From contig CAVTUQ010000028.1 in the NCBI GenBank assembly GCA_963737905.1, positions 1 through 64,000 of the forward strand: a DNA stretch of 64,000 bases, read 5' to 3'. The notes under the pieces were generated by a model. It had not been told where the DNA came from, did not search any database, and worked only from the letters and a program-made list of their open reading frames with translations. Made by a program: the position numbers and the translations under genes. Positions 40,963 through 50,016 of the stretch are shown here, piece after piece; positions within the stretch are counted from its first letter, which is position 1, and each line of letters starts with the position of its first letter. The DNA comes from an uncultured delta proteobacterium (GTDB lineage: Bacteria; Desulfobacterota; Binatia; UBA9968).

Positions 40963-40964
40963 GC

Positions 40965-42362
40965 TTACCGGGCCCCTTTACCCAATAAAACAACTTTCAA
41001 GCTTTCAAATATGATCTGCAAATCGAACAGTAACGACATATTTTTCATGTAGTAGAGATCGTACTGCAGTTTCTCTATCGCATCCTCCTCACTGTCCCCG
41101 TACGAATAACAAATCTGAGCCCAGCCGGTGATTCCAGGCTTAATTGAATGGCGTAGAGAATAGTAAGGAATCTTCTTGGTCAACGTCTGGACGAAAAATG
41201 CCCTCTCAGGTCTGGGTCCGACCAAACTCATTTGGCCCTTTAAGACGTTGATCATCTGTGGAATCTCATCGATTCGCAGTTTTCGGATGAGTTTTCCGAC
41301 TCGGGTTACCCTCGGATCATCCTCTGCGGCCCAGACCGGGCCAAGGTTAGCTTCCGCGCTTTCAAACATTGAGCGAAATTTATAGATTGTAAACGTTTCA
41401 TCGTTCTGTCCCACTCTTTCCTGCCGATAGAATATGGGGCCCGGACTATCTAATTTAATCGCCAGCGAGGTTAGTAAGGTGATTGGGGCGCTCAACAACA
41501 ATCCAACCGCCGATACCCCTATATCGACTGCCCTTTTTGTGAACATGATCAACCGATCACGCCGAAACCCCTTACATCGGACAATCCACTCCGGAGAAAG
41601 GTCAGCAATCGCAATCTTGCTCACCAATCTCTCGTAAAAAGAGTGGCAGTCTTCCATCGCAACTCCGCGGGTACGTAATGTGACGAGTTCCTGACTGAGG
41701 ACATCACTGCAATCCTCCACCCCAGCAAGCAGAATGCGGTTAACGTTTTTTTTGTTGAACAAATCCATCAACGACGAGGGTTGATAGACCGGCAAGGATA
41801 CCCGGACGGGATTTCCGTAGGAAAGGGTCAGTTGGCCGGTAGACTGGCCAACAAACCCAACGACTTCCATACCCAGCTTCTTTTGCCTAAGTAGCTCTTC
41901 CGCGACCAACTTACCAATGGCCTGCAGCCCAACCACCAACACCCTACCGTGTATCCGCGCCCTTTCGATGACTCGCATCAACCCGACTCGCCAAGCGCAA
42001 AGGCTTATCACCATCAGGGTCATTTGACTGGCATAAAGCGTTTTACCGAATCGCGGTATTGGATAGCTGACGATAGCGATTAGAATACAGGCGATTCCGG
42101 CCCCACTCATCAAACGGAGAAATAGCTCCCGAACGGATAGGGTTTGGTCTATGGCATAAAGATCAGAATAATAGAACGACACGACCACAATAATAGTTAC
42201 CGCTACGGCTTGAGAAAACCAAAAACCCCATTCAGGATTGGGCGAAATTTCGAGCAAAGAAATTCCCGCACGAACAGCCACCGTCGCCAAAAAAATCACG
42301 ACGACGTCACCCAGGAGGAGAATGAGATCGTAAACGGAAAAGTACCGATTGAATACACGCAT
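40965..42362 (-). CDS. Priming sugar-phosphate transferase, PEP-CTERM/XrtA type (TIGR03013-like)
   Basis: N-terminal TM helices; KRAVDI, QERVG, KFRSM, DDPRVTRVG, RIDEIPQ, GPRPER, KPGITGWAQ. Confidence 0.93.
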   Translation of the reverse strand: MRVFNRYFSVYDLILLLGDVVVIFLATVAVRAGISLLEISPNPEWGFWFSQAVAVTIIVVVSFYYSDLYAIDQTLSVRELFLRLMSGAGIACILIAIVSYPIPRFGKTLYASQMTLMVISLCAWRVGLMRVIERARIHGRVLVVGLQAIGKLVAEELLRQKKLGMEVVGFVGQSTGQLTLSYGNPVRVSLPVYQPSSLMDLFNKKNVNRILLAGVEDCSDVLSQELVTLRTRGVAMEDCHSFYERLVSKIAIADLSPEWIVRCKGFRRDRLIMFTKRAVDIGVSAVGLLLSAPITLLTSLAIKLDSPGPIFYRQERVGQNDETFTIYKFRSMFESAEANLGPVWAAEDDPRVTRVGKLIRKLRIDEIPQMINVLKGQMSLVGPRPERAFFVQTLTKKIPYYSLRHSIKPGITGWAQICYSYGDSEEDAIEKLQYDLYYMKNMSLLFDLQIIFESLKVVLLGKGAR

Positions 42363-42368
42363 CGGTGA

Positions 42369-43319
42369 TTAGGAGTCGTTGGTCGAGTAATAGTAATACT
42401 TTGAAGAGATGCCGAGGTCCGCTCCGTTCAACACGACGCCCATAACTTTGTTGGAATTTAGAGACTGCAGCGCTTTCGTCAAATAATCACGGGGCGTTTT
42501 GCCCGCTCGCATCACCAACAAAACCCCATCGACATAACGGGCGATCACCAACGGGTCAGGCGTCGATAGTATCGGAGGGCTATCGATAATGATGTGATAG
42601 CCAGGGAACTCGGCCTGAGCTTCTTCCATGACCTGCCTCATTCTTTCTTTAGCTAAAAGTTCGGACGCGAGGCGCGATGGTTTCCCTGAAGGCAAAATGC
42701 TTAACCCCGGGACAAAGGTCTCCTGTACCATATCCTTGAGCTTCATTTTCGAGTTGGCGGCAAGATAATCGGCGAGTCCCGGTGATGCGAGCACATTAAA
42801 ATATCGATGGATACTCGGAGCCCGAAGGTCACCATCGATAAGAAGAACCTTCTCCTCATAATCCAAGGATAGGGCGGCTGCCAAATTGACGGCGACGGTT
42901 GTCTTGCCATCTCTCTTAATTGGGCTGCTTACGGAAAAACTCCTAATCCCGGATTCGGCACGCAATCGTTTGACTTGCTCGCGCAGCATTTTATATTGTT
43001 CCGACGCTGGAGATTCCGTTTCTAAAGCGACGATCGGATAACTGCTATAGCGTTGCAGGTTCCATCCAAGAAGCCACTGTTCAATTCTCTCGTGCCACGA
43101 TTTGTCAGTGTTCGTGACCGCCGGATATAATTCATGAGTGTCACGGAAGGCACCGTTGGTCTTACTGATCGTACCGTTTGAGTATGGTTCGCGGGTTGAT
43201 CCTTTTTCTTCGATGAGCATCTCCCCAGTGACATTGCTTTCGACCTTTTCCATCGGCCGTTGGACCTGCCCGTGCTTTTCTTCACCCGCTCTTGCCAATG
43301 CTTCGAACACTCTACTCAT
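42369..43319 (-). CDS. CpsD/CapB-type tyrosine autokinase (cytoplasmic half of Wzc)
   Basis: EQYKMLR, DGKTT, LLIDGDLR, IIIDSPP, C-terminal Tyr cluster KYYYYS. Confidence 0.92.
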   Translation of the reverse strand: MSRVFEALARAGEEKHGQVQRPMEKVESNVTGEMLIEEKGSTREPYSNGTISKTNGAFRDTHELYPAVTNTDKSWHERIEQWLLGWNLQRYSSYPIVALETESPASEQYKMLREQVKRLRAESGIRSFSVSSPIKRDGKTTVAVNLAAALSLDYEEKVLLIDGDLRAPSIHRYFNVLASPGLADYLAANSKMKLKDMVQETFVPGLSILPSGKPSRLASELLAKERMRQVMEEAQAEFPGYHIIIDSPPILSTPDPLVIARYVDGVLLVMRAGKTPRDYLTKALQSLNSNKVMGVVLNGADLGISSKYYYYSTNDS

Positions 43320-43358
43320 GCTTTAATCACTCCTAAAAAAGGCGCTGAAACTTTGTTT

Positions 43359-43448
43359 GTCTGCTTAAAAAGATCTCAGAGGCGAGGCGCATCAAAACTC
43401 GATGAACGGAGGCGTGCTTAACCGATACGTTGTAGCGAGGCGATTGAG
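43359..43448. repeat. Left part of a palindromic REP-like repeat interrupted by the IS110 element
   Basis: CTGCTTAAAAAGATCTCA is an imperfect inverted repeat of TGAGTCTCTTTCAGCA on the far side of the IS; the rejoined site matches 52902-52920 at 18/19. Confidence 0.7.
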
Positions 43449-43529
43449 ACTTGTATGATGGATGTCGGTCCTCACGCGAGTGCTCTGGTACAATGGTTCA
43501 AATAATAGCGTTGTCGAAGAGGCACTTAG

Positions 43530-44676
43530 ATGAGAGACAAGACGTTTATAAGGATTATGGTGTGTTTGCGGATTGGATGTAGATAAGAAGAGTATCGCGG
43601 AACGTTTACAGTCAGCAAGGATTCATCGGTGTTGCAAATGCGTATGGAGTGGATCATTTGCTGAATCATGTGCGCAAGCACTTTGCGGATCAGAAGATTG
43701 CTTTGTCTATGAGGCTGGACCCACGGGGTACGGGTTGTATGATGGGCTTGCGGCTGAAGGTTATAGGTGCTTGATCGCCGCTCCATCGATGATTCCAGAG
43801 CTCCAGGACAGAGAGTGAAAACCAATCGACTCGACAGTCGAGCGTTGTCGGAGAGTTTGCGTGGGGGACAGCTCAAAAGCATTCATGTTCCCTCCCAATT
43901 TATCGCGAGCTTCGCCACCTCACTCAACTGCGCGACACGACGGTACGCCAGGCGGCCGCTCACAAGCAGCGCATCAAAGCCCTGTTGTTGCTCGAAGGCA
44001 TCGACTTTCCCCCAGCTCCTGCTGGCAGACAGTGGACATTGAGGGTGAAGGCTCAGTTGAGAAAGCTTCAGTGTTCTCATACGTGCGTTTTAAGCTCGAT
44101 CAGTTGCTCGACAATTTGGAATTTTGTGAAAAGCAGGTGGTGAGCAGTACGAAAGAGATTCGCCGCTTTTGTAAAGAGGATGCGGAACTGTTGCAGTCCA
44201 TTGAGTACCTGATGAGCATCTCGGGTATCGGCTGGATTGTGGCGAGCCAGCTTCTGGCGCGCATTGGAGACTGGCGGCAAATCGACAATGTCCGACAACT
44301 GGGTAGCTTTCTGGGTTTGGTGCCTACCGAGAACTCCACGGGTGATACGGTCGATCGAGGATCGATTACCCGTGTGGGAGACGGCCGGCTTCGAAGCAAG
44401 ATGATTCAGGCGGCATGGTCGGCGATCCGCCAAGACGCAGAGCTTAGAGAGTTTTATCGTTCGGTTTGCCAGAGAAACCCACGCGGCAAAGGCCCGCGGA
44501 TCGCGATCGTGGCGGTGGCGCGAAAACTGAGTACACGGGTTTATGCGGTATTGAAACATCAAAGACCGTACATCGTTCGAGAACAGGTTCATTCGGCTCC
44601 TTTGACCCAAGAGGAGACATCGCCCCAGGGAACGACTCGACGTTGCGCAGAACCGGGAGAGATTAACAACTCCTGA
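43530..44676 (+). pseudogene. IS110-family DEDD transposase/recombinase, multiply frameshifted
   Basis: Fragments in different frames: LDVDKKSI, YEAGPTGYGL, RVKTNRLDS, SISGIG..A, LGLVPTENSTG, AIVAVARKL. Confidence 0.9.
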
Positions 44677-44798
44677 AGGTTCGCGATTTGAGACAGAGAA
44701 CCCGGGGCCTTGTGCCTTAGAGAGGGCGTATTGCAAAAAAGTGTGACGGCCTGGGTGCTGTGCCACGTATAGCAGCAAGTGTCTCTTTGGTCGGGGAG
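44597..44798 (+). ncRNA. Putative bridge/seek RNA of the IS110/IS1111 element
   Basis: Closing stem 44597-620/44779-798, GCCCCAGGG/CCCGGGGC stem, and an internal loop with CGTTGCGC (reverse complement of right target flank) and GCGATT (same as left target flank). Confidence 0.65.
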
Positions 44799-44852
44799 TA
44801 AAAGAGTATAAGAAAAAGAGGACTCGTATGTTTGCGACTTGACATCCACATA

Positions 44853-44894
44853 AGCGCAACGAAGCATATGAGTCTCTTTCAGCATCCTGTTAGT
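44853..44894. repeat. Right part of the interrupted palindromic repeat
   Basis: AGCGCAACGAAGCATATGAGTCTCTTTCAGCATCCTGTTAG continues the left part across the AG core. Confidence 0.7.
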
Positions 44895-46133
44895 TTAGGA
44901 GGCTTGCAGTGTCCTGATTTCTTCAAGCATCTGGTGCCGGAAATACGCACGCATTCCTTCGTCTAAGATCTCGCGGCTTACCGATTCAAGAAGCATATCG
45001 ACCTTTGCGTGCGGGAACCGCTCAAAGGATTCGCCCAGGGTTTTGATTTGATCGCGCAGCACGATCTTGGCCATCGGACCCATAGCGTCTGTGAGAGCTA
45101 CAGCCAAAGCATTTAAGAAACTGGCTGGTACAAACACTGTGGAAGGAATAGTCCTGGGAACCGGTTTCGCGTTGGGCGGTTTTGGCTCTAACCGCGCTAT
45201 CCCTGGTCGGGCTTCTGCTGCTGATGCCACGCTAGATCCCTGCACCGCGCCAACACCTTTCGGGTTGTTAATGACTTGGCGAATCGGCCTCAGGCGCATC
45301 TCGACGTTGCTTGTTATATTCAGATCCTCTGCCACTTCCCGTATGATCCCGGTGTCAATTTCCTTCTTCCCTAACGCATAACCCGTCAGCAATGCGTTGT
45401 CGCACAGCACGTTCACGATGCGGGGGATTCCATTGGAATAGGAGTGAATACTTTCTAAGGCGTTGGGCGTAAAAATAGGTCGGTCTCCACCAGCAACCTT
45501 TAGGCGACTGGACACGTACTCACAGCACTCCGGTAGCGATAAAGTCCGTAAATGATGACGCAACATCACTCGTTGTTTGAGTTGGCGCAATTCAGGCGAG
45601 TTAAGACGTACCGCTAACTCAGGCTGCCCAACCAATAGTATTTGCAACAGCTTATCCTTGGAAGTCTCAAAGTTAGATAATAGCCGGATACTTTCTAAAA
45701 CCTCGGCCGAAAGGTTCTGTGACTCATCGATAATGAGCGCGCAATTCTCCCCTTTTCGATAACTTTCAAGAAGAAATTCATTTAAAGAAACTAGGTAATC
45801 ATGGATCTCTAAAGGAGGGCGTTTCGGTTCTATGAGGCCGAACTCTTCACAGACGGACCGAAGCAGGTCCGCAGGGCTAACGATGGTGCTAAAGAGAAGC
45901 GCTGTTTGAGCGCTTCCGTTAAGATCGTTCAACAACGCGTGAATCAGCGTGGTTTTCCCTGTTCCCACTTCTCCAGTCAGAACCACAAAACCCTTCCTGG
46001 CTCTAATTCCGTACGAAAGCTGCGCTAACCCCTCGCGGTGACTCGCGCTAAGGTACAGAAAGCTCGGATCAGGCGTGATATTAAAAGGGGCCTGAGTGAG
46101 CCCAAAATGCGTTTGATATAATAGATGATCCAT
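44895..46133 (-). CDS. ExeA-like AAA ATPase, PEP-CTERM/XrtA-system associated (TIGR03015-like)
   Basis: HFGL..PF.ITPDP.FLY, TGEVGTGKTT, IIDESQNL, LLVGQPEL, LRQLKQR, GIPRIVN.LCD. Confidence 0.9.
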   Translation of the reverse strand: MDHLLYQTHFGLTQAPFNITPDPSFLYLSASHREGLAQLSYGIRARKGFVVLTGEVGTGKTTLIHALLNDLNGSAQTALLFSTIVSPADLLRSVCEEFGLIEPKRPPLEIHDYLVSLNEFLLESYRKGENCALIIDESQNLSAEVLESIRLLSNFETSKDKLLQILLVGQPELAVRLNSPELRQLKQRVMLRHHLRTLSLPECCEYVSSRLKVAGGDRPIFTPNALESIHSYSNGIPRIVNVLCDNALLTGYALGKKEIDTGIIREVAEDLNITSNVEMRLRPIRQVINNPKGVGAVQGSSVASAAEARPGIARLEPKPPNAKPVPRTIPSTVFVPASFLNALAVALTDAMGPMAKIVLRDQIKTLGESFERFPHAKVDMLLESVSREILDEGMRAYFRHQMLEEIRTLQAS

Positions 46134-46150
46134 TGGTTTTGCTATCTTTC

Positions 46151-47677
46151 TTAAAAAGAAATGGGACCCAAAATTCGGATACAAATGACTCCGACAGCCA
46201 GTGTTGCGATGGAAGCCAGCACAAGGAGACCATGAGCCCGCCGTTGTTCCAAGACACTGCCCCGCGTTACTAGCGCAGGAATCGTCGCGAGCAAGGGCAC
46301 ATCGACATAGGTATTGATTTCCTCACTCCTTCGAAAAGACGAGTCCATGCTATCCCACAAAATAGCCGACCCAATCCCTCCAGCCAAACCTGCTATAAAT
46401 CCCATCAAAACAATCAAAAGGCGGTTCGGTCGAGTGGGGTTAACTGGGAAATTTGCGGGATCGAGAATCTGGAACTGCTCACCTTTTTGTTTCTTTTCCA
46501 TATTCTCCGCCAGCTCAGATTCAAGACCTTTAGCTAATAAATCCTGATATTTTTTTAGCGTTATGTCGTAGCCGCGGCTAATTTTGGAAAGTTCTAAGGC
46601 ACGAACAGGAGTACTATCAACACGAGCCTGTAGCAGGCTGATCTGACTCCGAATCCCCTCGCTCTGGGCATGAAGAGCTTTGATCTCGGAATCAATGTCT
46701 GTGATTTGCGTCTGCAAAACCCGCTTGACAGGATTAATCTGAGAGACTTTTGACGGATTGGGTTGACTCGAGATTGTATCGTAGCTGTCATTTTCTAGTG
46801 CTTGGATTTCCTTCTTCGCTCTAATCACATCCGGATGCTTGTTGCTATATCTTTGCAGCAGGGACTCTAGTTCCTTTTTCTTCATTTCAAGCTGAACACT
46901 TTGGGGCACGGTATTTACAGCAATGGAGAGCGGACCACCGGTCGAATCTAACTTCACAATGTCGGCTTCTACGTTTTGTTTTTGCAGGACAGCTCGACGT
47001 TCCTGAAGGGCCGATAGCCGCTGGCTATTGCCCTCCAGCGCACGTCGAAGTTGCTCCAAACTCCGCAGGTTTGTATCAAGTTGATCCGGTAACTCGTAAC
47101 CATGAGCGGCCTTGTATCTTGTTACCACCGCCTCTTGCGCTTCCAATTCCTTTCGCAGCCTCTCAGTCTCCGCATTGATGAAAGACTTGGTTCCCTGTGC
47201 CTGCTGTTCCCTGGCGTTTAGATTTTGTTCGATAAATAACGATCCGAGCCGACTTGTCACCTGCTTCGCCTTTTCAGGGTCTTCAGATTCGAACGATAAC
47301 TGAAATACATTGTTTCGGCGGGACTCGATCCGGATGGATTTGCGCAGGAGATTGATTCGAGCTTCTAAAGTAACTACCTTTTGATAGAGATTAAACTCTT
47401 GAATGATTTTTTCCAGTTGAGTTCTGCTCATTATCTCCTGAGTAATGGACTGCATGCGTTCGCGAAGATCAATGGTTACTGTGGAAGCGACAAAAGAGGT
47501 GGGCACGCGCTGCGGGGTAACAAGGATAAGTGCACTTGACTGATAGACGTTCGGCAGGACGCTTGCCAGATATCCGGCTAACGATGATACTACAACGAAG
47601 ACGGATATGATCAATCCTTTCCTTCGATTAAGGGTATTTAGTATTTTGGAAATATCAAAATCCGCAACTACGTTCAT
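46151..47677 (-). CDS. Polysaccharide chain-length determinant/co-polymerase (GumC/Wzz, TIGR03007-like)
   Basis: N-terminal TM, YQSSALILV, long coiled coil, Y..KHPDVI, FQILDPA..P..P..PNR, C-terminal TM. Confidence 0.9.
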   Translation of the reverse strand: MNVVADFDISKILNTLNRRKGLIISVFVVVSSLAGYLASVLPNVYQSSALILVTPQRVPTSFVASTVTIDLRERMQSITQEIMSRTQLEKIIQEFNLYQKVVTLEARINLLRKSIRIESRRNNVFQLSFESEDPEKAKQVTSRLGSLFIEQNLNAREQQAQGTKSFINAETERLRKELEAQEAVVTRYKAAHGYELPDQLDTNLRSLEQLRRALEGNSQRLSALQERRAVLQKQNVEADIVKLDSTGGPLSIAVNTVPQSVQLEMKKKELESLLQRYSNKHPDVIRAKKEIQALENDSYDTISSQPNPSKVSQINPVKRVLQTQITDIDSEIKALHAQSEGIRSQISLLQARVDSTPVRALELSKISRGYDITLKKYQDLLAKGLESELAENMEKKQKGEQFQILDPANFPVNPTRPNRLLIVLMGFIAGLAGGIGSAILWDSMDSSFRRSEEINTYVDVPLLATIPALVTRGSVLEQRRAHGLLVLASIATLAVGVICIRILGPISF

Positions 47678-47728
47678 ACAGATCCTCTAATTTCAGTCGT
47701 ATCTTAAATAAAGAAAAACACTCGACAT

Positions 47729-48337
47729 CTACGGCACAATAATTCGATCCCCTGGTCTTAGCAAAATGTCTTGCTTCAAATCGCCTTTGATAATTCCGTC
47801 ATAGTCGGCGATATACTCGGTCACCTTGTCCCCTTCACGGCGCACGACGCGGATGTTACTGCGGTCGGCGAAAATGGTTAACCCGCCCGCGCGGGTCAAA
47901 ATCTGAAGTAACGTCTCGTTTCCGTTGAGTGGAAAGGCTGCGGGGCGATTCACCTGGCCAACCAAAAACACCTCACTCGAAGCAATCGCCTCGAGTCGAA
48001 CCGTCACGAATGGATCAACGGTGAATTCCCTATACTTAGTTTCGAGCAGTTTTCTCAGCTGCGTGGTGGTCATACCTACGACCTGAATGTCATTGACTAG
48101 TGGCACCGTTACAAATCCGTCGGGACGCACCTTAACTGTGCCCGAGAGACTCGGCTCCTTCCAAACATTGATACTGAGCACGTCCCCTGCACCTATAACA
48201 TAAAACTCTTCGGGAGGTTTCCCCGGATCCGGAGTACCCGCTGCCACGCGGAATTCTTGGACTCGCAGTTCTTTTGTAGCACACGATTCAGCGCCAATTA
48301 TCAACAAAAACAACAACGGAACTATTTGTTTTCTCAT
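47729..48337 (-). CDS. wza: Polysaccharide export outer-membrane lipoprotein (Wza/GfcE family)
   Basis: Signal peptide ending in Cys, YVIGAGDVLSINVW, VRPDG.V.VPLV, VGQVNRP, LRPGDRIIVP. Confidence 0.9.
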   Translation of the reverse strand: MRKQIVPLLFLLIIGAESCATKELRVQEFRVAAGTPDPGKPPEEFYVIGAGDVLSINVWKEPSLSGTVKVRPDGFVTVPLVNDIQVVGMTTTQLRKLLETKYREFTVDPFVTVRLEAIASSEVFLVGQVNRPAAFPLNGNETLLQILTRAGGLTIFADRSNIRVVRREGDKVTEYIADYDGIIKGDLKQDILLRPGDRIIVP

Positions 48338-48423
48338 ATATCTGCCTGCGATCGATTGTCTATTACTTTGGCTAAATCTGCCCCGTCCTTGTATCAGCAT
48401 CCCAGAAACAAGTGGCGGTAAAC

Positions 48424-48438
48424 GCAACTATCATACCA
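48424..48438 (-). promoter_or_regulatory. Putative sigma54 (-24/-12) promoter for the wza operon
   Basis: TGGTATGATAGTTGC: GG-N10-GC with TTGC, about 85 nt upstream of ATG 48337. Confidence 0.6.
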
Positions 48439-48627
48439 AGTGTGCTCAAGAGCCATGCGCCCAAAGGAAACCCAGAACGACGACCAAAAGCGATTACTGA
48501 CAAGCTTCGCAATTCATTTAGAAATTGCCCTAATCAAATAACCCCTGAATATAGAAGGCAGGTTTGACCGGAATCGAGTCTAGGATAGGTCAATCCCTTT
48601 GTCAAAACAACGAATCTAGAGTTTGGC

Positions 48628-50016
48628 CTAAGGAGCTGATTTTGTTGTGGGGGCAGCTTGTGGGAAGGGGGTTGTTACTAAAGGCGTTGGCGCGGTCATG
48701 CTTCTGCTCAAACCGATATTGGGCCAAAGGTCGAAATTAGCTGTTAGTGACAAGTATGCAGCGTTAGCGCGAACCAGTCCCGGCTGGAGGAGATCGGACC
48801 GGGCTGCTGAGTTACTACTATCCGTCCATCGGTAGGCATAGAAAAAGTTAGAGGCCAGCCAGGGAGTGAACTGGTATCGCGCCCCGGCGGAGGCCTGAAA
48901 GGTTTGGAAATTGCCATCATCCGTGTCGTAGAAGGAAAAATTCACCCCAGCTATTGTCGATAATTTTTCCGTTACTTGGTAATTGAATTGACCATTCACA
49001 CTGGTTGTATTCGAAATTCCACCAACACCATAGCTCGACGTGAGGCCGTGCTGAACTCCACCACTGAGAGTTGCCGTTTCCCATATTTTTGTAACGGTTA
49101 TATTGGTGTTGTTGGCTACAGGCGGGCCGTCGTTACCGGCGTTCAAGGATATGCCGGTGCTCGCTGTCAGGGTCAAGGTAGGCGACAAGTTGATCTGGTA
49201 CCTGCTAAAATAATCATCGCCCAAATCAAAATTAAACACGACATTATTGTTATTTCGGTTGTTGGCGTTGCTTCTGTTTCGATCGTTGAATACGTTAATG
49301 TAGAATCCCGCATGGAGGTTGTGCTCTTGCCGCCAGTTATAGACACCCCGAAAGTAGATGCTGTGGGATATGTCCGACCCACCCTGGTCAATATTATTAA
49401 TGTAATTGTTTGAATAGCCGCCTGTAAAGCTGACATCCGGTCTATAAAGATATGTTCCCTGAAGGCTGAAATTATTCCAAAACTGCGAAAAGGTTCCTGA
49501 AGTGAAATTGGAAAGGTTTTGATCACCTTGTCCCGGGAGAGTCCCGCCAACGGGCGGCGGAGAAGTCGGCGCACTAGGCAACTGAAAGGCACCCTGAGTT
49601 ACCGGGCCAAGGCGATATTCACCCTGACGTCCAAGAACGTCTGAGACGTGAAAATTCAACAGCGGAGAATACTGGTAAGTATATGCACCGTTTGCTGCCC
49701 AGTTATCACCAAAGTTGGTTAATTCACTGTGGCGCGCAAAGATCAACCCACTCGGGCTGATACTAAGATTTAAGATGGGTACGGTTTGGCCCTCGGGCGC
49801 ATATAAGATCGACAGCGTCGGGGTTATGCTGGTCACAAAATCGGCTTCTTTGTTCCTGGTATAAAATATGTTGTCCGTGTAAAGCTCTCCGAGCGTGGGG
49901 GCCAAGCTAATTGCGAACCTGGCCTCGGCAAGGTTGGCGGAAAACAAATAAACAACACCACCGACCAGCAATAACCAACTACCCAAAATCCTTGAATGAT
50001 TCCTTATGCAGACCAT
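48628..50016 (-). CDS. EPS-associated outer-membrane beta-barrel protein (TIGR03016-like)
   Basis: Signal peptide (..AEA), YTDNI, amphipathic beta strands rich in Y/F/N/S; next to wza. Confidence 0.75.
   Translation of the reverse strand: MVCIRNHSRILGSWLLLVGGVVYLFSANLAEARFAISLAPTLGELYTDNIFYTRNKEADFVTSITPTLSILYAPEGQTVPILNLSISPSGLIFARHSELTNFGDNWAANGAYTYQYSPLLNFHVSDVLGRQGEYRLGPVTQGAFQLPSAPTSPPPVGGTLPGQGDQNLSNFTSGTFSQFWNNFSLQGTYLYRPDVSFTGGYSNNYINNIDQGGSDISHSIYFRGVYNWRQEHNLHAGFYINVFNDRNRSNANNRNNNNVVFNFDLGDDYFSRYQINLSPTLTLTASTGISLNAGNDGPPVANNTNITVTKIWETATLSGGVQHGLTSSYGVGGISNTTSVNGQFNYQVTEKLSTIAGVNFSFYDTDDGNFQTFQASAGARYQFTPWLASNFFYAYRWTDSSNSAARSDLLQPGLVRANAAYLSLTANFDLWPNIGLSRSMTAPTPLVTTPFPQAAPTTKSAP

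Larger units (their letters stand above)
43449..44852 (+). mobile_element. IS110-family (IS1111-type) insertion sequence, degenerate
   Basis: AG core on both flanks (43447-48, 44853-54); sub-terminal IRs ATGATGGATGTC 43455-66 / GACATCCACAT 44841-51; TTGACA at right end, TATGAT at left end. Confidence 0.85.

Noticed and set aside
44077-44859. 260-aa minus-strand ORF
   Set aside because: Antisense to the IS110 transposase and RNA region; no domain features.
49240-49295. Asn-rich run (NDRNRSNANNRNNNN) as a contingency repeat
   Set aside because: Codons are mixed and not a perfect tandem repeat; likely a low-complexity barrel loop.
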